Assembly: GCA_963722725.1 (NCBI GenBank)
Contig: CAVROB010000010.1
Location: forward strand, 53,400 to 117,399
DNA: 64,000 nucleotides
Direction: 5' to 3'
Source of the DNA: an uncultured Acidobacteriota bacterium
GTDB lineage: Bacteria > Acidobacteriota > Terriglobia > Terriglobales > Acidobacteriaceae
Shown: positions 17,883-26,799 of the stretch, piece by piece
How positions within the stretch are numbered: the stretch's first letter is position 1
How the letters are laid out: each line of letters opens with the position of its first letter
Notes under the pieces: generated by a model
What the model was told of the DNA's origin: nothing
What the model saw: only the letters and a program-made list of their open reading frames with translations
Database searches by the model: none
Made by a program: the position numbers and the translations under genes

Positions 17883-19076
17883 CTATCTTTCGACAGCCAT
17901 GGCCACCGCGTTGCCACCACCCAGGCAAAGAGCTGCGATGCCGCGATGAACATCGCGGCGAATCATTTCATAGATCAGGGTAACCAGCACGCGCGCTCCG
18001 CTGGCTCCGATGGGATGCCCGATGGCAACAGCTCCGCCGTTCACGTTCACTTTGCTGGGGTCGAGACCGAGTTCGCGCATCACACCGAGCGCCTGCACCG
18101 AAAAGGCTTCGTTCAGTTCGTACAGATCTACGTCCTCATTCTTCCAGCCAGTCTTTTCCCAAATGGTGCGAACCGCGCCGACGGGAGCCATCATCACCCA
18201 TTTGGGTTCAACTCCGCTGGTTGCTTGGGCCACGATCCGGACCATTGGCATCGCGCCGAGCTGTTTCGCACGCGAGGCGCTGGTGACCACGACTGCGGCC
18301 GCGCCATCGTTTACTCCGGGAGCGTTGCCTGCAGTGACCGTACCGTCTTTCTTAAATGCTGGTTTCAGGGCACGCAATATCTCGATCGTAGTATCTTCGC
18401 GCGGTGATTCGTCTTTATCGAAGACGACCGGCGCTTCGCCTTTTTTCTTCGACGGCAATTCGACCGGGACGATCTGCGATTTGAAGCGGCACTCCTTGAT
18501 CGCTGAGACTGCCTTGCGATGTGAGTTCACCGCGAACTGGTCCTGTTCTTCGCGAGTGATGCCATATTTTTCCGCCACGTTCTCGCCCGTAATCCCCATG
18601 TGATAGTTGTTGTAGATGTCCCACAGGCCGTCGTTCACCATGGAATCGACGATCTGCGCGTTTCCCAGGCGATACCCTTTTCTCGCCTGTGGCAGCAGAT
18701 AGGGAGCGTTCGTCATTGATTCCATTCCGCCGGCGACCACTACGGAACTGTTTCCGGTTTGAATCGCCTGGGCTGCAAGTGCAACCGCTTTGAGTCCGGA
18801 GCCACAGACTTTGTTTACGGTCATGGCACCTACTTCAGGAGCAAGACCTCCGAAGATAGCCGCCTGTCGCGCCGGATTCTGACCGAGTCCGGCAGAGATG
18901 ACGTTCCCCATGATGCACTCATCGATCGCCTTGGGATCGAGGTTAGCGCGCTTCACCGCTTCGCGAACCACGATCGCACCCAACTGAGTGGCGCTCAAAT
19001 CTGAAAGACTTCCTTGAAACTTTCCCACCGGTGTGCGACAGCCTGAAATGATGACGACATCGTCGAAAGCAGCCAT
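17883..19076 (-). CDS. Acetyl-CoA C-acetyltransferase (thiolase II)
   Basis: 397 aa. [12 protein letters not shown] active-site Cys region. C-terminal [17 protein letters not shown] and CLGGGNAVA motifs. Confidence 0.93.
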   Translation of the reverse strand: MAAFDDVVIISGCRTPVGKFQGSLSDLSATQLGAIVVREAVKRANLDPKAIDECIMGNVISAGLGQNPARQAAIFGGLAPEVGAMTVNKVCGSGLKAVALAAQAIQTGNSSVVVAGGMESMTNAPYLLPQARKGYRLGNAQIVDSMVNDGLWDIYNNYHMGITGENVAEKYGITREEQDQFAVNSHRKAVSAIKECRFKSQIVPVELPSKKKGEAPVVFDKDESPREDTTIEILRALKPAFKKDGTVTAGNAPGVNDGAAAVVVTSASRAKQLGAMPMVRIVAQATSGVEPKWVMMAPVGAVRTIWEKTGWKNEDVDLYELNEAFSVQALGVMRELGLDPSKVNVNGGAVAIGHPIGASGARVLVTLIYEMIRRDVHRGIAALCLGGGNAVAMAVER

Positions 19077-19354
19077 TTATGTGCTCCTGCGAATATTTTC
19101 TGCCTATCAATTATAGATGTCCGGCGACCGAAAAGGATGAACTCAGTTACTGCCTAGCGCTTCCTGCGTAGCATTTTTTTGAAAGCACCGCCTCAGCCAG
19201 AAACAAATCTGAACGCAATTCCGTCGGTGTTTCGCGCGAAAATTCCTCTCGAAGGCACACGCTCATCGAGTTTCCGGTGCAAGACTTTCTTGCTTGAGCT
19301 CGCAGCAGTGACTTTGGTGTAGGGGTCGCATGCTCATCCAACATCATTTTTTTC

Positions 19355-19383
19355 TTGACTTCACTTTTTATAGACTCTATACA
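19355..19383 (+). promoter_or_regulatory. Candidate sigma70-type promoter upstream of the micro-ORF
   Basis: TTGACT (19355-19360), a 17-nt spacer, then TATACA (19378-19383), in an AT-rich intergenic region. Confidence 0.35.
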
Positions 19384-19451
19384 TCAATCAGTTGCAACAA
19401 ACGATCGTTGCATTTCAAGTCCATGAAAAATGGAAAGGGAGAATAGATCAA

Positions 19452-19499
19452 ATGGCAACTAAGAAAAAAGCAAAGAAGGCCGCAAAGAAGAAACACTAA
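19452..19499 (+). CDS. Candidate 15-codon polybasic micro-ORF (MATKKKAKKAAKKKH)
   Basis: ATG is preceded by GGGAGA 8 nt upstream. TAA falls at 19497-19499. It is bracketed by a promoter-like element and a strong hairpin terminator. It is not in the ORF track because it is too short. Confidence 0.3.
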   Translation: MATKKKAKKAAKKKH

Positions 19500-19523
19500 G
19501 AGCCTTCAACCAAAGTAAAACCG

Positions 19524-19555
19524 AGGGGACGCTAAAAAGCGTCCCCTAAGTTTTT
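19524..19555. terminator. Bidirectional intrinsic terminator (micro-ORF transcript on +, helicase gene on -)
   Basis: AGGGGACGC (19524-19532) pairs with GCGTCCCCT (19539-19547) around a 6-nt loop. TTTTT follows on the + strand, and TTTT follows on the minus strand (complement of AAAA at 19517-19520). Confidence 0.7.
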
Positions 19556-19560
19556 GCGAG

Positions 19561-22500
19561 CTAGTTTCGGCTGCTTGATTTCTTATCGACGGGAATTGCG
19601 TAGAGACGTTTTTCGGTGGCAGGGCAAAGACTGCGATAAGCACAGAAAGTGCAATAGAAGCCGGGCTTGGCCTCGAATTCCTCCGCAGCGATTTTTTGCG
19701 CGACCTCTTCCACTTCATGCCTGCATTCCTGCAGTTGGCCTTCCGTGCGGTGCGTAACGACTGAACTGTTGTCTTCCAAGTTGTAGAAGACGATCTGATC
19801 GCCGTGATAACCCCATTTTTCCCGCGCAGCCAGAGCGTAGATCGAAAGTTGGAGGCTCCTGTCGGCATCTTCCTGTGATTTGGGCCGGCCCGTTTTGTAA
19901 TCCGTAATCACGACACCACCATTGCTCAACTGATCGATCCGGTCAATGCGCCCAACGACCTTGGCCTGCCCGATCTGCATTTCAAACCATTCTTCGGTAT
20001 GCAGTACATGGGGCACGGGAGCACGTTTGCAATTGGCCAAGAATTCACGCAACTGCTCGATTCCTTGTCGCTCGTAGAGGTCTTGCTGGTATTTTTCCTC
20101 GATACCTGCAGCCCTGAGGTCGGTCTTGAAGAGTTCGATGACTTCGTCGTCCTCTATGGTCCGTCCAAGGCGAACCGAAGCATAGTAAGCCAGCAGAATG
20201 CGGTGCATGGTCGCGCCGTATTCCATTGCAGCCGGGATTTCGCCGGGAATCCTCCACTCGCGCTCCAGTTTGAATTGCAGCGGACAGATTTCATAGGTCT
20301 GCAATGCACTCGCGCTGAGTCGCGCGCCGAGATCCAACACCGGCGGCAGCTTCAGCCATTCACTCACAGGTGAGCCTGGCAGTACGGGCGCGGCCTCGGC
20401 AAACAGATCAGCTTGAAACTCCAGCGCGTGACGTTGACGAAACCAGGGTTTAAGGCTGGGGTCTTTAAGCAAATCGCGTAGAAAACCATTCGGAGTGGGG
20501 TCTTTCTTGCCGGTTCCCTGCTTGGCATAGATGGTGAGGGAATCCCGAGCGCGGGTCATGGCTACGTAGAACAGCCTGCGCTCTTCCTGCCGGCAAATTT
20601 CTTTGTCGTCGAAGAGTGGCATCACTCCAGCGCCCTGCAACTCACGAGGAAAATCGACCAAGGGTTCTTTGTAGGATGACGGGAACGAATTAGAGTTCGC
20701 TCGAATGATAAAAACGTGATTGAACTCAAGTCCTTTAGCGACGTGCGCGCTCATCAACCGTACAGCGTTCTCTGCACTGGTAGAAATCGGGATTACGCCG
20801 CCGGCGGTGCGGAAATACTGGAGGTAATCGATGAATTCACCGATCTCGCCCGTCTTCGTGATTGCCTTCGGTTTCTCTTCCCATCGTTTAGCAAAGTCAA
20901 GAACCGCGACGATCGCAGGCGAGGTGCGGGTCAATGCAAACTGACGGATGATAATGTTCAGCACTGCGCTGCTCATGCTACCGGCGCGGGTTACCTCGTC
21001 CCGAACCTGTTGCAAGGCGTTTAATACCGCGGGACCGTTTTCGATCCTGGCCAAGACGGACGCCATTCCGGATTTTCGTTCTTCCCTCGGAATCGCTTTT
21101 ATGCCGGCACGCAATTTCTCTGGATCGATGGCAAATTGAGGGAAAGACGCGACTCGGAAAAGGCTGGCGCTGTCGTTCACCGAGACCACGGCTCCCAGGC
21201 AGGCAAACAGGTCGCGGGCTTCCGGCGTATCCATAACGTCCATGTTCTCGATCGCAAATGGAATGCCCTGCTCGACCAACTCAGCCACAATTTGCTCTCG
21301 ATGAAAATGCTGGCGGTAGAGGATAGCAAAGTCGCTCCACTTGCAACGCAATTTGCGTTGCCGATCACGAATGGTGGCGACGAGGTCGGCACATTCAACT
21401 TCTTTCGCAGCGAGTACAACGGCGTCGACCGGAAGACTGGGCAAGTTTCTCCCCTCTCGAGATGCTTCTTCTTCGCGGGCGGAAATCAGTGGGGAACGTT
21501 GGTAACTCGATGTTGGGCTTTTTCCAGGAGGAAAGACATCCGGATTCTTGGAAATCAGCGCGAAGGCGGACTTCAAGATGGTCGTGGTGGAACGACGATT
21601 CTTTCCGAGGACAACCATCTTCGCGTCGGGAAACTGTTCTTGAAAAAGCCCGAACGCAGCACTGGACGCGCCACGAAAGCGATAGATTGCCTGATCCGGA
21701 TCTCCCACCGCGAAAACATTTCGCTCTTCTCCGGCCAGTTGTCTGAGGATCTTGACTTGAGCAAAATTGACGTCTTGGAATTCGTCGGCGAGGATGAACC
21801 GGGTACGCCGGCGTTCGCTATCAAGAAGTTCGGGATTCCCCTCCAGCATCGCATGGGCGTGAGTAATCATGTGGCCGAACGTGCCGAGGTTATCCTCGCG
21901 CAGCATGCGCTCGACCGTGGCAAACACGCTGGCAATTTCCTGACAGCGCCCGATGACCTCTTCGTCTGACAAGTCGTCGGCATCTTTTGATTTGCTGACC
22001 CGCGGAACGCTGACCTCGCCTCGCTCCAGTTGAAGCACGTACGCGGAATATTTCTCGGGGCCGACCAGATCATCCTGACATCGCCGCATGAAACCAAGCA
22101 GATCATGCAGAAACTGGCTGACGTTGGCCGCGCGCACGAAATAGTTCAGCTGCAACTCGGGAATACGCTTCCGTAAATAAATCCAAAGGTCCTGGTCATC
22201 GAGCACGCCGAACTGCTTGCCGTATCGCCCTAGAAGCTCGTTGCAATATTCATGAAAGGTGGCAATCTGCAGGCCAGACACATTGATGCCGCGCAGTTCC
22301 TCGCGCACTCGTTCGCGCATCTCCTGCACCGCATTCTTGGTGTAAGTGACCGCGAGAATCTCGTCCGGCCGGGCCTGCCCTTCACGAATTAATCGTGCTA
22401 TGCGCCGAGTCAGGACAGTGGTTTTCCCCGTGCCCGCGCCTGCGATCACCAGCATCGGCCCATACACGTGTTCGATGGCTTGGCGCTGGCGCTCGTCAGG

Positions 22501-22611
22501 TTCGAAGGTTCGTACCGCCGGGATGGGTTTTGCAACAGCCACTGGGCAGGAGCATATCAGAGATGGTTGAGGATATTTTGGCTCGACCTGATTAGGCCTG
22601 CAGTTCCGCAA
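19561..22611 (-). CDS. UvrD/PcrA-type SF1 helicase fused to a C-terminal Cas4/AddB-like PD-(D/E)XK nuclease with a 4-Cys motif
   Basis: 1016 aa. Walker A AGAGTGKTT. Motif II ILADEFQD. The C-terminus has ICPLQFKLE...GRIDRID...VITDYKTG...CTFCAYRSLC, a C...CxxCx5C pattern typical of the Fe-S RecB-fold nucleases. Confidence 0.85.
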   Translation of the reverse strand: MRNCRPNQVEPKYPQPSLICSCPVAVAKPIPAVRTFEPDERQRQAIEHVYGPMLVIAGAGTGKTTVLTRRIARLIREGQARPDEILAVTYTKNAVQEMRERVREELRGINVSGLQIATFHEYCNELLGRYGKQFGVLDDQDLWIYLRKRIPELQLNYFVRAANVSQFLHDLLGFMRRCQDDLVGPEKYSAYVLQLERGEVSVPRVSKSKDADDLSDEEVIGRCQEIASVFATVERMLREDNLGTFGHMITHAHAMLEGNPELLDSERRRTRFILADEFQDVNFAQVKILRQLAGEERNVFAVGDPDQAIYRFRGASSAAFGLFQEQFPDAKMVVLGKNRRSTTTILKSAFALISKNPDVFPPGKSPTSSYQRSPLISAREEEASREGRNLPSLPVDAVVLAAKEVECADLVATIRDRQRKLRCKWSDFAILYRQHFHREQIVAELVEQGIPFAIENMDVMDTPEARDLFACLGAVVSVNDSASLFRVASFPQFAIDPEKLRAGIKAIPREERKSGMASVLARIENGPAVLNALQQVRDEVTRAGSMSSAVLNIIIRQFALTRTSPAIVAVLDFAKRWEEKPKAITKTGEIGEFIDYLQYFRTAGGVIPISTSAENAVRLMSAHVAKGLEFNHVFIIRANSNSFPSSYKEPLVDFPRELQGAGVMPLFDDKEICRQEERRLFYVAMTRARDSLTIYAKQGTGKKDPTPNGFLRDLLKDPSLKPWFRQRHALEFQADLFAEAAPVLPGSPVSEWLKLPPVLDLGARLSASALQTYEICPLQFKLEREWRIPGEIPAAMEYGATMHRILLAYYASVRLGRTIEDDEVIELFKTDLRAAGIEEKYQQDLYERQGIEQLREFLANCKRAPVPHVLHTEEWFEMQIGQAKVVGRIDRIDQLSNGGVVITDYKTGRPKSQEDADRSLQLSIYALAAREKWGYHGDQIVFYNLEDNSSVVTHRTEGQLQECRHEVEEVAQKIAAEEFEAKPGFYCTFCAYRSLCPATEKRLYAIPVDKKSSSRN

Positions 22612-23308
22612 GAACTAACGCCAGGCTTGCAATCGCTGCAGTCTCAGCGCGGAGAATTGTGTTCCCAAGCGACGCTGAAATCCAGCCAACTTCTTGAAAC
22701 AATTCTAATTCGTCGTCCGCCCAGCCGCCCTCAGGGCCGAGCGCGAGAACGATATCGCTTCGGTCAGGATGAGATTGGAGAACGTCTTTCAACGTCATCT
22801 TTGTTTCGGATTCGGAGAGTACGATGCGTAAGCCTCCCGGCAGGGCGACGGCATCTTTAAGCTTTCGCGGATCCGAGATTTCCGGTGGCGATACGCGACG
22901 GGACTGTTCCGCAGCCTGCAAGGCAATCCGTCGCCAACGGTCGACGCGTTTTGCGGCGGCGGACGCAAGATGAGTTTCGGTTCGTCGCGCAATCACTGGG
23001 ACGATGCGAGTCGCTCCCAATTCCGTGCATTTTTCAATCGCCCACTCCATGCGATCGAACTTGAAAATGGAGAGCGCAACCGTCACCTGAACTGCGAGCG
23101 GAGCAGCGACGGCGTCGCCGAGTTCAAATTCAACCCGGTCGTGCGCGATAGCCGTAACACGGCCGCGGCGTACTTCGTTTCCCGTGGTGATGTCAAATTC
23201 CTGGCCGACGCGGGCGCGAAGTACGCGGGATAGATGGTCGGCGTGTGCGCCTACCAAGACCGCGCGCGTGCCTGAGACTTCATCGGCAATCCAGCGTCGG
23301 CGCGTCAT
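22592..23308 (-). CDS. rsmE: 16S rRNA (uracil1498-N3)-methyltransferase RsmE
   Basis: Trimmed to MTRRRWIADE.... It has a PUA-like N-terminus. The SPOUT C-terminus has LALGPEGGW and LGNTILRAETAA. Its 3' end overlaps the annotated helicase start by 20 nt. Confidence 0.85.
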   Translation of the reverse strand: MTRRRWIADEVSGTRAVLVGAHADHLSRVLRARVGQEFDITTGNEVRRGRVTAIAHDRVEFELGDAVAAPLAVQVTVALSIFKFDRMEWAIEKCTELGATRIVPVIARRTETHLASAAAKRVDRWRRIALQAAEQSRRVSPPEISDPRKLKDAVALPGGLRIVLSESETKMTLKDVLQSHPDRSDIVLALGPEGGWADDELELFQEVGWISASLGNTILRAETAAIASLALVLAELQA

Positions 23309-23384
23309 GACATGACAAAGCTTAAACCACGGAGGACACAAGGCGGAACTTGGAAACCAGGAATCGCTTTCCTTGGCAGGTTGA

Positions 23385-24512
23385 CTATCCGAAAATGTCT
23401 TTCACTTTACCTAGCAACGTTCTGCGCTGGGGTTTATTTTCCACCCGCGTCATTCCTTCCAACTCCTGCAACAACTCACGTTGACGCTTATTGAGCTTGC
23501 CCGGAGTCTGCACGCGGACCTCAACAAACAGATCGCCCTTGCCATGTCCGTTCAGCACGGGCACGCCTTTGCTCCGGATCCGCATCGTCGTACCCGATTG
23601 CGTTCCGTCCGGCACTTTCAGTGTGTGTTCACCTTCAAGTGTCGGCACTTGAATCTCGGTTCCCAGAGCCGCTTGAGCAAACGAAATAGGAATCACGCAG
23701 TGCAGGTCGTTACCTTCGCGTTCAAAAAACGGATGTTCCTTCACGTGCAGCACGACGTAGAGATCGCCCGCTGGCCCGCCGTGCGCCCCAGCTTCGCCCA
23801 GCCCGGAAAACCGAATGCGCGTCCCATCTTCGACTCCGGCTGGGACCTTCGCGTCCACCGTTCGCTGACGCAGCACTCGGCCTTCACCCTTGCACTTCGA
23901 ACATGGATCGGTGATCACGCTGCCGGCACCCTGACAAGTGGGACAAGTACGCGCCATGCTGAAGAATCCTTGTTGATACCGCACTTGGCCGCGCCCCCCG
24001 CAGGATCGGCACGACACGGGGGTCTTTCCAGGAGCGGCGCCGGAGCCGCGGCACTCCTCACACGTCTCGTGGCGGCGAACCGTAACACTCGTTTCCGTGC
24101 CAAACACGGCCTCTTCGAATTCCAGCGTGACATCTTCCCGCAGATCTGGACCGCGCTGAGCACGGCTGCCTCGACGCGAACCGCCGCCGAAAAGATCTCC
24201 GAAACCGAAAAAGTCTCCGAAGATTTCGCTGACATCCTGAAAAACCGTGGGATCAAAGCCGCCCGACCCTCCACCACTCACGGCAGCATGCCCGAAGCGG
24301 TCGTATGCAGCCCGTTTGTCCGCATCCGCCAGGATGGCGTAGGCTTCGCTGCACTCCTTGAATTTCTCTTCCGCATCGGGATTATTCGGATTGCGGTCAG
24401 GATGGAACTGCAGCGCCATCTTGCGGTAGGCGCTTTTAATCTCCTGGTCGCCGGCTTCACGGGCAATCCCGAGCACTTCGTAGTAGTCGCGTTTTACGTT
24501 GCTGGCCAGAAT
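23385..24512 (-). CDS. dnaJ: Molecular chaperone DnaJ (type I: J-domain, G/F region, four CxxCxGxG zinc-finger repeats)
   Basis: HPD motif, G/F-rich linker, CEECRGSG/CRSCGGRG/CPTCQGAG/CSKCKGEG. The track start (GTG at 24476) falls inside DYYEVLGI. I extended the CDS to the ATT at 24512 (CTG at 24509 is the alternative). See findings. Confidence 0.9.
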   Translation of the reverse strand: MLASNVKRDYYEVLGIAREAGDQEIKSAYRKMALQFHPDRNPNNPDAEEKFKECSEAYAILADADKRAAYDRFGHAAVSGGGSGGFDPTVFQDVSEIFGDFFGFGDLFGGGSRRGSRAQRGPDLREDVTLEFEEAVFGTETSVTVRRHETCEECRGSGAAPGKTPVSCRSCGGRGQVRYQQGFFSMARTCPTCQGAGSVITDPCSKCKGEGRVLRQRTVDAKVPAGVEDGTRIRFSGLGEAGAHGGPAGDLYVVLHVKEHPFFEREGNDLHCVIPISFAQAALGTEIQVPTLEGEHTLKVPDGTQSGTTMRIRSKGVPVLNGHGKGDLFVEVRVQTPGKLNKRQRELLQELEGMTRVENKPQRRTLLGKVKDIFG

Positions 24513-24542
24513 GGTTCCAAATCCTTTCGAATTTCTTGTGGG

Positions 24543-25130
24543 TTAGTGCTTCGGGTTGCGCGCGACTCGAACCATCGAGGGGCGCAGCAGGCGATCCTTC
24601 AACTTGTAGCCGCGCTGCAACTCTTCCAGTATTTGATGATCCGCAGCCTCGGTTGTATCCACCATCTCGATCGCCTCGTGAAGGTGAGGGTCAAAGAGTT
24701 CGCCTCTTGCCGGGATGGCGCGGAGGCCAAGTTTCAAGAGCGCATCCTGCAATTGCTTGTAGATGAGTTCAACTCCGCTGCGGAACTCGGATCTCTCCGC
24801 CGAGCCAGTCTGTAAAGCACGTTCGAAGCTGTCGAGAATTGGCAGCAAAGCCTTGACTGCGTCGGCCAATGCGTACTCACGGAAGTCCTGCTGCTCGCGG
24901 GCAGTGCGCTTGCGGGCGTTTTCGAACTCAGCCTGCAGACGGGCCAGCCGATCGATCAGCGTGTCCCGCTCGACTCTGAGTTTCTGCACCTCACTGCTCT
25001 CGCTCGAGCCACGAGCAGAGGGAGAATCAATGGTCACGGCGTCGCCTTCCGCATTCTCCGCGGCGGGCAATTCGTGTTCCGCATCCAGTTCATGAGGATC
25101 TACTTCTGATTTTCCGTTTGTTCTTGCCAT
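24543..25130 (-). CDS. grpE: Nucleotide exchange factor GrpE
   Basis: 195 aa. Acidic N-terminus. Long coiled coil LQAEFENARKRTARE. C-terminal beta domain with FDPHLHEAI. Confidence 0.93.
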   Translation of the reverse strand: MARTNGKSEVDPHELDAEHELPAAENAEGDAVTIDSPSARGSSESSEVQKLRVERDTLIDRLARLQAEFENARKRTAREQQDFREYALADAVKALLPILDSFERALQTGSAERSEFRSGVELIYKQLQDALLKLGLRAIPARGELFDPHLHEAIEMVDTTEAADHQILEELQRGYKLKDRLLRPSMVRVARNPKH

Positions 25131-25150
25131 AAACTTTTCACTCGAGCCGC

Positions 25151-26191
25151 TTACTCAGACTCGTTCAAGATTTTGTCGAACAGACGGGCAATATACGAAA
25201 CCGCCGTCATGGTGTGTTCATAATCGATTCGCGTCGGCCCGATCACTGCGAGCGACCCCATTACTTCGCCGCCTACACGCGCGGGCGCACCAATCAGCAC
25301 AAAATTGCGCATGGATGGCAATGTCTGGTCGAGTCCAATCACCACCCGCACCGCCTCTTGCTTGGCATCGAGATAAGAACCCAGCAGTCCTACGATCTTC
25401 TGTTTCTCTTCCAGCGTCTTCAACAACTCCTGCAAGCGCTCTCGATCCTGCTCTCCTGCGACCAGATTGGCTGCACCTTCAACATAAACTGTCTGGGCGC
25501 CATCGTCGGCTGCCAACGCTCCTTGTTTATAAAGTTGTTCGACAGAAGCCATCAAGCGGTCGTATTCATTGCGTTCCTGCTCGATCCGCCGCGCCAACTC
25601 GATCCGCATCGCTTCCATGGTCCAGCCGCGAAAGTTCTCGTTGAGAAAGCGCGCAGCCGCGTCGAGGTCGGATTGCGGAAGGTCCAGGCGCAGCACACGG
25701 TCACGCACCAGGCCCGACCGCGTCACCAGCACAGCCAGCACTTTCTGATCGCCGAGCCGTGAAAAGTAAACGTGCTCCAGCGCGTTCTTCGGTCCACCGA
25801 CAGCAACCGCGACCCCAACATTGCGCGAGATCAGCGAGAGCACATGCGAAGTGCGTTCCATGAACTCCTGCACGTCCGCCACTCCATGAAACGACTCCTG
25901 AATAATATTTTCATCGTTATTCGACAGCCGCGCCTTGCCCGAAAGTTGCTCGACGTAATACCGGTAAGCCTCGGTGCTCGGCACCCGTCCAGCCGAGGTA
26001 TGGGGCTGCTCCAGAAAACCCGAGTCCGCCAGATCCGACATGACGTTGCGAATCGTCGCCGGACTCAAGCCCTCCCGATTCGCACGCGCAAGAGTGCGCG
26101 ATCCCACCGGTTCGCCCGTGGCAATAAAGGTCTCCACAATCGCGGTAAGGATTTCGCGTTCGCGCTCGCCTATGGGTGGGCCCGGAGGCAT
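25151..26191 (-). CDS. hrcA: Heat-inducible transcriptional repressor HrcA
   Basis: 346 aa. N-terminal wHTH EREREILTAIVETFIATGEPVGSRTLA. First gene of an hrcA-grpE-dnaJ arrangement. Confidence 0.93.
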   Translation of the reverse strand: MPPGPPIGEREREILTAIVETFIATGEPVGSRTLARANREGLSPATIRNVMSDLADSGFLEQPHTSAGRVPSTEAYRYYVEQLSGKARLSNNDENIIQESFHGVADVQEFMERTSHVLSLISRNVGVAVAVGGPKNALEHVYFSRLGDQKVLAVLVTRSGLVRDRVLRLDLPQSDLDAAARFLNENFRGWTMEAMRIELARRIEQERNEYDRLMASVEQLYKQGALAADDGAQTVYVEGAANLVAGEQDRERLQELLKTLEEKQKIVGLLGSYLDAKQEAVRVVIGLDQTLPSMRNFVLIGAPARVGGEVMGSLAVIGPTRIDYEHTMTAVSYIARLFDKILNESE

Positions 26192-26302
26192 ATACTCCCT
26201 TGTATCATATTGAGCTGATGGGACCAGCCGGCTTCTACGTTACCCGTAGCTAACTTATGTAGATGCAACACTTACATCGCAGGATGCAAAACGGCCAGTT
26301 TG

Positions 26303-26331
26303 ATTCTAGGAAGCGGTGCGAGACCTGTCAA
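26303..26331 (-). promoter_or_regulatory. Near-consensus sigma70 promoter for hrcA-grpE-dnaJ
   Basis: On the minus strand: TTGACA (26331-26326), a 17-nt spacer, then TAGAAT (26308-26303). This predicts a leader of about 105 nt. Confidence 0.5.
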
Positions 26332-26453
26332 GCGGCAGTGTATCGATCCACCCCGTATCGGACAAGGTGACATTCAGCCTGTACGTAGCAGGTTTTCTGC
26401 CGTTCATGCTGGATTGGCGCATTCCGGGAGCCGGAGGCGAGCACCAACGTCCA

Positions 26454-26771
26454 TCACTCGGTCAGATTGTAGATCAACCCATTCGGATCTTTGACGTAGC
26501 ACCGGGGAAAATCCAGCTCGTCTTTCACTACCCGGCAACCCTTTTTCTTGAGTCTCGCTTTGGCTTCCTTAACGCTTTTGACTGTAACCTCAAAAACCGG
26601 CCCAAGCGCAGGACCCCGCTCAATGAAGAAATTGATGTTTTTTCCGTGGAGGCTGATCATATTCGGTTTCTTATCTGTGATCTCAAAGCCAAGTTCCTTC
26701 ACGTAGAACTTTGCCGCCTTCATCGGGTCTTTCGCCTGAATCAAAATATCCGTACCAAATGTATTTGCCAT
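26454..26771 (-). CDS. Glyoxalase/bleomycin-resistance/VOC family protein
   Basis: Trimmed to MANTFGTDILIQAKDPMKAAKFYVKELGFEI... (105 aa). The longer track ORF runs through an intergenic repeat. Confidence 0.65.
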   Translation of the reverse strand: MANTFGTDILIQAKDPMKAAKFYVKELGFEITDKKPNMISLHGKNINFFIERGPALGPVFEVTVKSVKEAKARLKKKGCRVVKDELDFPRCYVKDPNGLIYNLTE

Positions 26772-26799
26772 AGGCCTCCAGTCTAACTCGCGTCCGAAA

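Noticed and set aside
19147-19347. 66-aa minus-strand ORF upstream of the thiolase gene
   Set aside because: It has no Shine-Dalgarno and a poor composition. It overlaps the thiolase promoter region and the AT-rich divergent promoter, so it is probably not coding.
24509-24545. GrpE-DnaJ fusion by read-through, since the grpE TAA stop is in frame with dnaJ
   Set aside because: No read-through context is evident. An AAAGGA Shine-Dalgarno plus a near-cognate start 9-12 nt downstream explains the data more simply.
24535-24575. TTAGTGCTT...CGACTCGAA, superficially CIRCE-like, near the grpE/dnaJ junction
   Set aside because: Only the left half-site resembles TTAGCACTC. No matching GAGTGCTAA arm lies at N9, and the sequence sits in the grpE coding 3' end.
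23481-24815. 444-aa + strand ORF, one of the longest in the track
   Set aside because: It is antisense to dnaJ and grpE, which are unambiguous. This is a typical long shadow ORF in GC-rich DNA.
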